DNA of 64,000 bases from Eubacteriales bacterium (GTDB lineage Bacteria; Bacillota; Clostridia; Oscillospirales; SIG627), in contig JAZQMO010000066.1 of assembly GCA_045543495.1 (NCBI GenBank), positions 3,007 through 67,006 of the forward strand, written 5' to 3'. The notes below the pieces were generated by a model, which did not search any database, was not told the DNA's origin, and was given only the letters and a program-made list of their open reading frames with translations. A program made the translations under genes and the position numbers. Within the stretch, counting starts at the first letter, position 1; every line of letters starts with the position of its first letter. Positions 59,988 through 64,000 of this stretch are shown here, in pieces.

Positions 59988-60751
59988 TTCGCTTCCTCCA
60001 AATCTGCGGGCAATTTTCCCAAAAGCTTCATTAGGGGAACGGGATTGTTGGCGGTGATCAGATCGGCTCCGAGGTCCAGGAAGAACTGAACGTCCTCCTC
60101 GGTATCGGCACAGTAAAAATGCTTGGGCAGGGGAGAGGAAACAAAGTGATCTGCGATTTCAGACTTTGCCACTCTCATAGAAATACCGAGCTCCTTGTAG
60201 TAGTTGTAATCGTTGGGAACGAACTCCTGCATCAAAAAGTCGGGGTAACCCATAGTGCGTCCGTCATACTTTTCTTTCAGGTAGCGAATGATCTTTCCGC
60301 TGAAGGCGTAGAACCAACAGGTGTCAAAATAGCCGTATTTCTTTAAGAGCTCTACGGTCAGATCTACCGTTTCCTCGGTAAAGGATTTGATCTCCACTCC
60401 AAGACGAATGTTTGGAAAATTCTCTCTGCAACAGGTCAGCAGTTCTTCCAGCGTGGGGATCTCGGGAGCCAATTTCTTGTACTGATCGCCGAATTTCGTT
60501 TCATAGCAGGCGTTCAGCTGTTTGACCTCCTCCAAGGTCAGATCGGCAATGTATTTGCCCTCGCCGCAGGTTCTCAGAGCGTTGTCATCGTGAATGATCA
60601 CGGGAACCTTGTCTTTGGTGAGACGAACGTCAAACTCAATGGCATCCACGCCAAGCTTCATTGCCTCCACAAAGGAGATCATGGTGTTTTCGGGGTATTT
60701 GGAGCACCAGCCGCGGTGTCCTTCCACAAATACGGTTTTCTTTGTATTCAT
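59984..60751 (-). CDS. glycerophosphodiester phosphodiesterase
   Basis: EGHRGWCSKYPENTMISF...GVDAIEFDVRLTKD...IIHD GDPD motifs. Confidence 0.85.
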   Translation of the reverse strand: MNTKKTVFVEGHRGWCSKYPENTMISFVEAMKLGVDAIEFDVRLTKDKVPVIIHDDNALRTCGEGKYIADLTLEEVKQLNACYETKFGDQYKKLAPEIPTLEELLTCCRENFPNIRLGVEIKSFTEETVDLTVELLKKYGYFDTCWFYAFSGKIIRYLKEKYDGRTMGYPDFLMQEFVPNDYNYYKELGISMRVAKSEIADHFVSSPLPKHFYCADTEEDVQFFLDLGADLITANNPVPLMKLLGKLPADLEEAK

Positions 60752-60752
60752 T

Positions 60753-62069
60753 TTACATCTTCTCCAATTCTTTGTTCATTTCGTCCTGCAGGCCAAGATC
60801 CCAAACCAGTCGGGATAAAACATACTTGTCACGAATGTCGGCGCTGGCTCGGAATACAGTGGTAAGAGGAGTGGGATCCTCGCTTTTTTTCGGTAAATTC
60901 AGTTTATCATAAAGAGCCTGGAGCTTCTCGGGGGAAGGAATGTGCGCTTGGATCAAATGGCAGATCTGATCCCATTTTTCCAAAATGACCTCAAGTCTTG
61001 CCTTGTGCTTTTCGGGATCGTATTTGCCTTCCTTTTCCTCCAGAGCGATCATAGCCTCTGCGCCCTTACCGAGAAGGGTGCGAAGCTCCTTTTTGTGCTT
61101 CTCATAGGAAAAAGCCTTGACAGAGGCCAGAGCCTTTTCTCTGTCGGGTGTGGCGGCAAGAAGCTTGTGGTAGATTGTAGAAGCAATATAGGTGCCTGCG
61201 GCGCATTGCAGACCGTGCAGATCTGCTTCCATCCCGAATTCCAAGGCTCTCATATCCCAAACATGGGAGAGATAATGCTCCACTCCGGAGGCGGGGCGGG
61301 AAACACCGGCCAGATTCATAGCGATTCCCGTAATCACAAGTCCCTCCAAAACGGCTTCCACCGCTTCGTCCTTGCGGGACAGGAGCCCATCGGCATTGTC
61401 TACACATTTTTGCAGAGAATCCTGAACCAGCTTTGAAATGGTATCGCAGTAGTACTCACCCAGAATCAGATTTGCGATTTTCCATTCGCAAATGCTCACA
61501 TATTTTGCAAGCATATCTCCAAGGCCTGCCTTCAGCATTTCCATGGGCGCTGTTTTCACAAGATCGGTGTCTCCGATGATCACCTGAGCCGAACGGGAGG
61601 GCAGGGAAACCTTCAATCCGTCCATCGCCATAGAGCTGGTGGCAGATGCATAGCCATCCATAGAGGGGGCGGTGGCTATGATGATGTAACGAGTCTTTCT
61701 CGTGGCAGAAAGGATCTTTCCGATATCGTTGATCACCCCCGAGCCCAGAGCGATTACGGTGTCACAACTGTTGTCAAAGTGCATCACAGCCGATCCGACG
61801 GCTCTCTCATCGGGCTCAATGCGGGATAAAGGAAAAATGTATTGACTCATTCCAATTCCGTTTTCCTTCAGCATTTCTCCGATCCGAGCCCCTGCCAGAG
61901 GATAGGTATTTTGATCGGCTAAAAGGAAGGCTTTTTTGGCGCCCATTCTTTTCAGTTCTTGAGGAAGCGCCTGCAATGCTCCCTTTCCAATATGTACACT
62001 TTCGATTCCGCAGTGGTGCGCTTTCCCGCAGAAGGGGCACACATCTGTTTCAATGGCGGATAAATTCAT
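60753..62069 (-). CDS. sn-glycerol-1-phosphate dehydrogenase-like (AraM/EgsA, iron-ADH superfamily) with N-terminal Cys/His motif
   Basis: ...LGSGVINDIGK... nucleotide-binding loop and ...SGVEHYLSHVWD... metal-site context. The N-terminus has CPFCGKAHHC. The assignment within the DHQS/ADH superfamily is from memory. Confidence 0.6.
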   Translation of the reverse strand: MNLSAIETDVCPFCGKAHHCGIESVHIGKGALQALPQELKRMGAKKAFLLADQNTYPLAGARIGEMLKENGIGMSQYIFPLSRIEPDERAVGSAVMHFDNSCDTVIALGSGVINDIGKILSATRKTRYIIIATAPSMDGYASATSSMAMDGLKVSLPSRSAQVIIGDTDLVKTAPMEMLKAGLGDMLAKYVSICEWKIANLILGEYYCDTISKLVQDSLQKCVDNADGLLSRKDEAVEAVLEGLVITGIAMNLAGVSRPASGVEHYLSHVWDMRALEFGMEADLHGLQCAAGTYIASTIYHKLLAATPDREKALASVKAFSYEKHKKELRTLLGKGAEAMIALEEKEGKYDPEKHKARLEVILEKWDQICHLIQAHIPSPEKLQALYDKLNLPKKSEDPTPLTTVFRASADIRDKYVLSRLVWDLGLQDEMNKELEKM

Positions 62070-62129
62070 AAAATCACCTCATTCTTATTATAATACAAAT
62101 GAAAAAAGTTTCAAGATGTGAAAAAACGC

Positions 62130-62159
62130 TTGACGAAATAATCAAAAAATGATTATAAT
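62130..62159 (+). promoter_or_regulatory. candidate sigma-A promoter of the DeoR regulator gene
   Basis: TTGACG, 18 nt, then TATAAT. Confidence 0.35.
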
Positions 62160-62189
62160 AGTGACATAAAATGATCGGAGAGTGATAAA

Positions 62190-62885
62190 ATGTCCGTTTT
62201 TAATCGGGAAGAGGAGTATTTGAAGCTTTTGCGACAGCGGGCGTATACCGTAAAGGAATTATCTTCCGTTTTATATGTCAGTCAGCCCACCGTACGCCGA
62301 GACCTTATTGTATTAAAGGAAAAGGATCTGCTTGTTTGTCAGCGGGGCGTGGTCAGGCTGAAGGGGAAGACTGCGGATCAGCGGATTCCCTTGTTTGTTC
62401 GGGATCTTGAGTCCACCGAGGAAAAAACGGCAATCGGAAAAACGGCCTCGCTCCTTGTGAAGGATGGGGATGTCATTTTTATGGATGCTTCTACCACCGC
62501 CTGTCATATCTTGCCGTATTTGAAAAATTACAAAAACCTGCTTTTGATCACAAACGGAGCCACCGCCGCTATTACCGCAACAGGCCTTGGGATCAAAACC
62601 ATTTGCACCGGCGGGGAAATGACCCCCGAATCCCTCTCCTTTGTGGGAACGGACACGGAGGACCTTCTGAAGCGCTACAATGCCGATCTTGCCTTTTTCT
62701 CTTGCCGTGGCATCAGTGAGGACGGATTTGTTACCGATAACTCCATTTTGGAAAACGCCGTTCGCCGTATTATGATCCGTCAGGCCAAGAAAGCGTATTT
62801 GGTTTGCGACCGAAGTAAAATGGGAAAAACCTTTCTCAATACCCTCTGCCATCGGGATGAGCTTTGCGGGGTCATAACAGAATAA
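62190..62885 (+). CDS. DeoR/GlpR-family transcriptional regulator
   Basis: N-terminal wHTH (...YTVKELSSVLYVSQPTVRRDLIVLKEK...) plus a C-terminal sugar-phosphate sensor domain. Confidence 0.85.
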   Translation: MSVFNREEEYLKLLRQRAYTVKELSSVLYVSQPTVRRDLIVLKEKDLLVCQRGVVRLKGKTADQRIPLFVRDLESTEEKTAIGKTASLLVKDGDVIFMDASTTACHILPYLKNYKNLLLITNGATAAITATGLGIKTICTGGEMTPESLSFVGTDTEDLLKRYNADLAFFSCRGISEDGFVTDNSILENAVRRIMIRQAKKAYLVCDRSKMGKTFLNTLCHRDELCGVITE

Positions 62886-62920
62886 AAAATGCTTTGCCGA
62901 TCATTCGGCAAAGCATTTTT
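62885..62920. terminator. bidirectional terminator (deoR-like / gpsA)
   Basis: aaaaatgctttgccga tcat tcggcaaagcattttt. Confidence 0.65.
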
Positions 62921-62922
62921 GA

Positions 62923-63885
62923 TTAAAACTCTTGCTTTAGGCTGCGACAAAACAAATTTTGCATTTCCTCGTGAAGGTCGGCCTGTTCATACAATAGCCT
63001 GTATACTGCACTGCAAATGGGGAGCTCCACCCCTGTTTTTTTCGAAAGATGATGCAGGGCCTTTACGGTGTAGTAGCCCTCGGCCAAGGAGTCAAACTCC
63101 TCTCCCTTGGCAAAGGCTTCTCCGAAGGCACGGTTGTGGCTGAACTCGGAAAAGACCGTGGCTTCGTAATCCCCCAAATGGCAAAGACCGTAAGCGGAAA
63201 GCTCATTGCCTCCGCAGGCCTTGATCAGCCTTGCGATCTCACGGGTTCCTCTTGACATTAAAGCCCCCTTGAGACTCTTCTGGCCGATCCCGTCCAAAAT
63301 GCCTGCGGCAATTCCGATGACGTTTTTGGCCGCTCCTCCGATCTCGTTTCCGATCAGATCGCTTCCGTAATAAAACCGGATCAGAGGCCCCTTGAAGGAT
63401 TCTATCAATTCGGCCTTCAGGGCGTCATCCTCGCTGTCAATGACCATACAGTTTGGGATCCCGTCTACAAATTCTTTCGGGTGGCCGGGACCGAGCCAAA
63501 CGGCAACCTTGGCACCTTCTCCCATTACCGAGCGGAAGACCTGCGTTAAGCGATAGCCCGTTTCAATTTCAATTCCCTTCATACAAAGGGTGAATCGTTT
63601 CTCTTCGGTAGAAACCCCGCTTTCCCGTATTTCGGTCAGCAGGGAGCGAAGAGCTTGGGACGGAATGGAAATCACAATGGTATCGGACGAAAGAGCTTCC
63701 TTAAAATCGGAGATCAGGGAAAGGGAAGGGGAAAGGCTGACCGTTCCGTTGGTTCCTTTTTCCTTCAGCTCCCGAAAGTGCTTGGAGTCCTCTTTCCCGT
63801 AAAGGGAAACCTCGTGACCAACCTTGCATAAATACCAAGCGATAAAGGTGCCCCATCTTCCGCACCCAATGACAGAGATCTTCAT
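62923..63885 (-). CDS. gpsA: NAD(P)H-dependent glycerol-3-phosphate dehydrogenase
   Basis: MKISVIGCGRWGTFIA Rossmann start, ...GPGHPKEF..., ...NEIGGAAKNVIGIAAG.... Confidence 0.8.
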   Translation of the reverse strand: MKISVIGCGRWGTFIAWYLCKVGHEVSLYGKEDSKHFRELKEKGTNGTVSLSPSLSLISDFKEALSSDTIVISIPSQALRSLLTEIRESGVSTEEKRFTLCMKGIEIETGYRLTQVFRSVMGEGAKVAVWLGPGHPKEFVDGIPNCMVIDSEDDALKAELIESFKGPLIRFYYGSDLIGNEIGGAAKNVIGIAAGILDGIGQKSLKGALMSRGTREIARLIKACGGNELSAYGLCHLGDYEATVFSEFSHNRAFGEAFAKGEEFDSLAEGYYTVKALHHLSKKTGVELPICSAVYRLLYEQADLHEEMQNLFCRSLKQEF

Positions 63886-63888
63886 TCC

Positions 63889-64000
63889 TTACTCCTTGGG
63901 CGCCTGAGTCTGATTGCCCTCTTCCTTGCGAGCCGCAGCGGCTGCTTCGTCGGCCAGCTTTTCCGCAAGGGTGGTTGCGGCCTTTGCGGCGTCAGACTCA
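63889..64000 (-). CDS. C-terminal end of an unidentified gene (continues beyond window)
   Basis: The minus frame is open from the window edge to TAA at 63889-63891. The Ala/Glu-rich tail is ...AAKAATTLAEKLADEAAAAARKEEGNQTQAPKE. The gpsA RBS AAGGAG lies within its end. Confidence 0.3.
   Translation of the reverse strand, partial: ESDAAKAATTLAEKLADEAAAAARKEEGNQTQAPKE

Noticed and set aside
62087-62114. TTGAAA, 16 nt, TATAAT promoter for the G1P-dehydrogenase-like operon
   Set aside because: The -10 lies only about 18 nt from the ATG, so the predicted transcript would begin within the GAGGTG ribosome-binding site. The real promoter is probably elsewhere or is non-canonical.
1-64000. Mobile elements, prophage remnants, restriction-modification, toxin-antitoxin or other defence systems
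   Set aside because: No transposase, integrase/recombinase, phage structural, cas, methyltransferase-endonuclease or toxin-like ORFs were recognised in any frame. The only TIR-like feature is the inverted repeat reported at 37843-38220.

Overview
This is a 64-kb chromosomal segment from an endospore-forming Firmicute that looks clostridial. It is densely coded with moderate GC, and it carries no transposase, integrase, cas or other recognisable mobile or defence genes. Recognisable content:

- **Sporulation genes:** the complete spoIIIAA-AH operon; an uninterrupted sigK next to a SipL-like LysM coat morphogenetic protein; and a yabP-yabQ-divIC block followed by a SpoIIQ-like M23 protein.
- **Housekeeping genes:** rplS, lepB, ylqF, rnhB, yraN, radA, mazG, HU, metK, aspS, rlmH, recD2, lnt, trmO and gpsA.
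- **RNA genes:** a tRNA-Gly(GCC)/tRNA-Asp(GUC) pair with its own consensus promoter.

Observations most worth follow-up:

1. Two convergent intergenic gaps (about 38005-38220 and 58794-58929) carry the same unusual architecture. A conserved 9-mer, AATATCACT, alternates with short perfect hairpins whose sequences are unrelated. The second copy has an exact 24-nt phase, and both copies run into a bidirectional terminator. I cannot assign this to any RNA or repeat family I know.
2. A four-gene, translationally coupled cassette (alr-type racemase, D-aspartate-ligase-like ATP-grasp enzyme, AsnB amidotransferase, MurJ/SpoVB-type flippase) is wedged into the conserved rplS-lepB...ylqF-rnhB block. It may be a peptidoglycan side-chain or cross-bridge module.
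3. A tight seven-gene operon combines D-amino-acid transaminase, both halves of a D-glutamate-cyclase-type enzyme (DUF4392 and DUF1445), PxpABC 5-oxoprolinase and a second alanine racemase.
4. Several uncharacterised, probably spore-associated proteins have sigma-K-like promoters: a protein with about 22 cysteines and a leaderless DUF11 protein.
5. A methylglyoxal-synthase-like protein has substituted catalytic residues.

Family calls come from reading the translated ORFs and motifs, with no database search. Start codons were refined by hand from RBS context.
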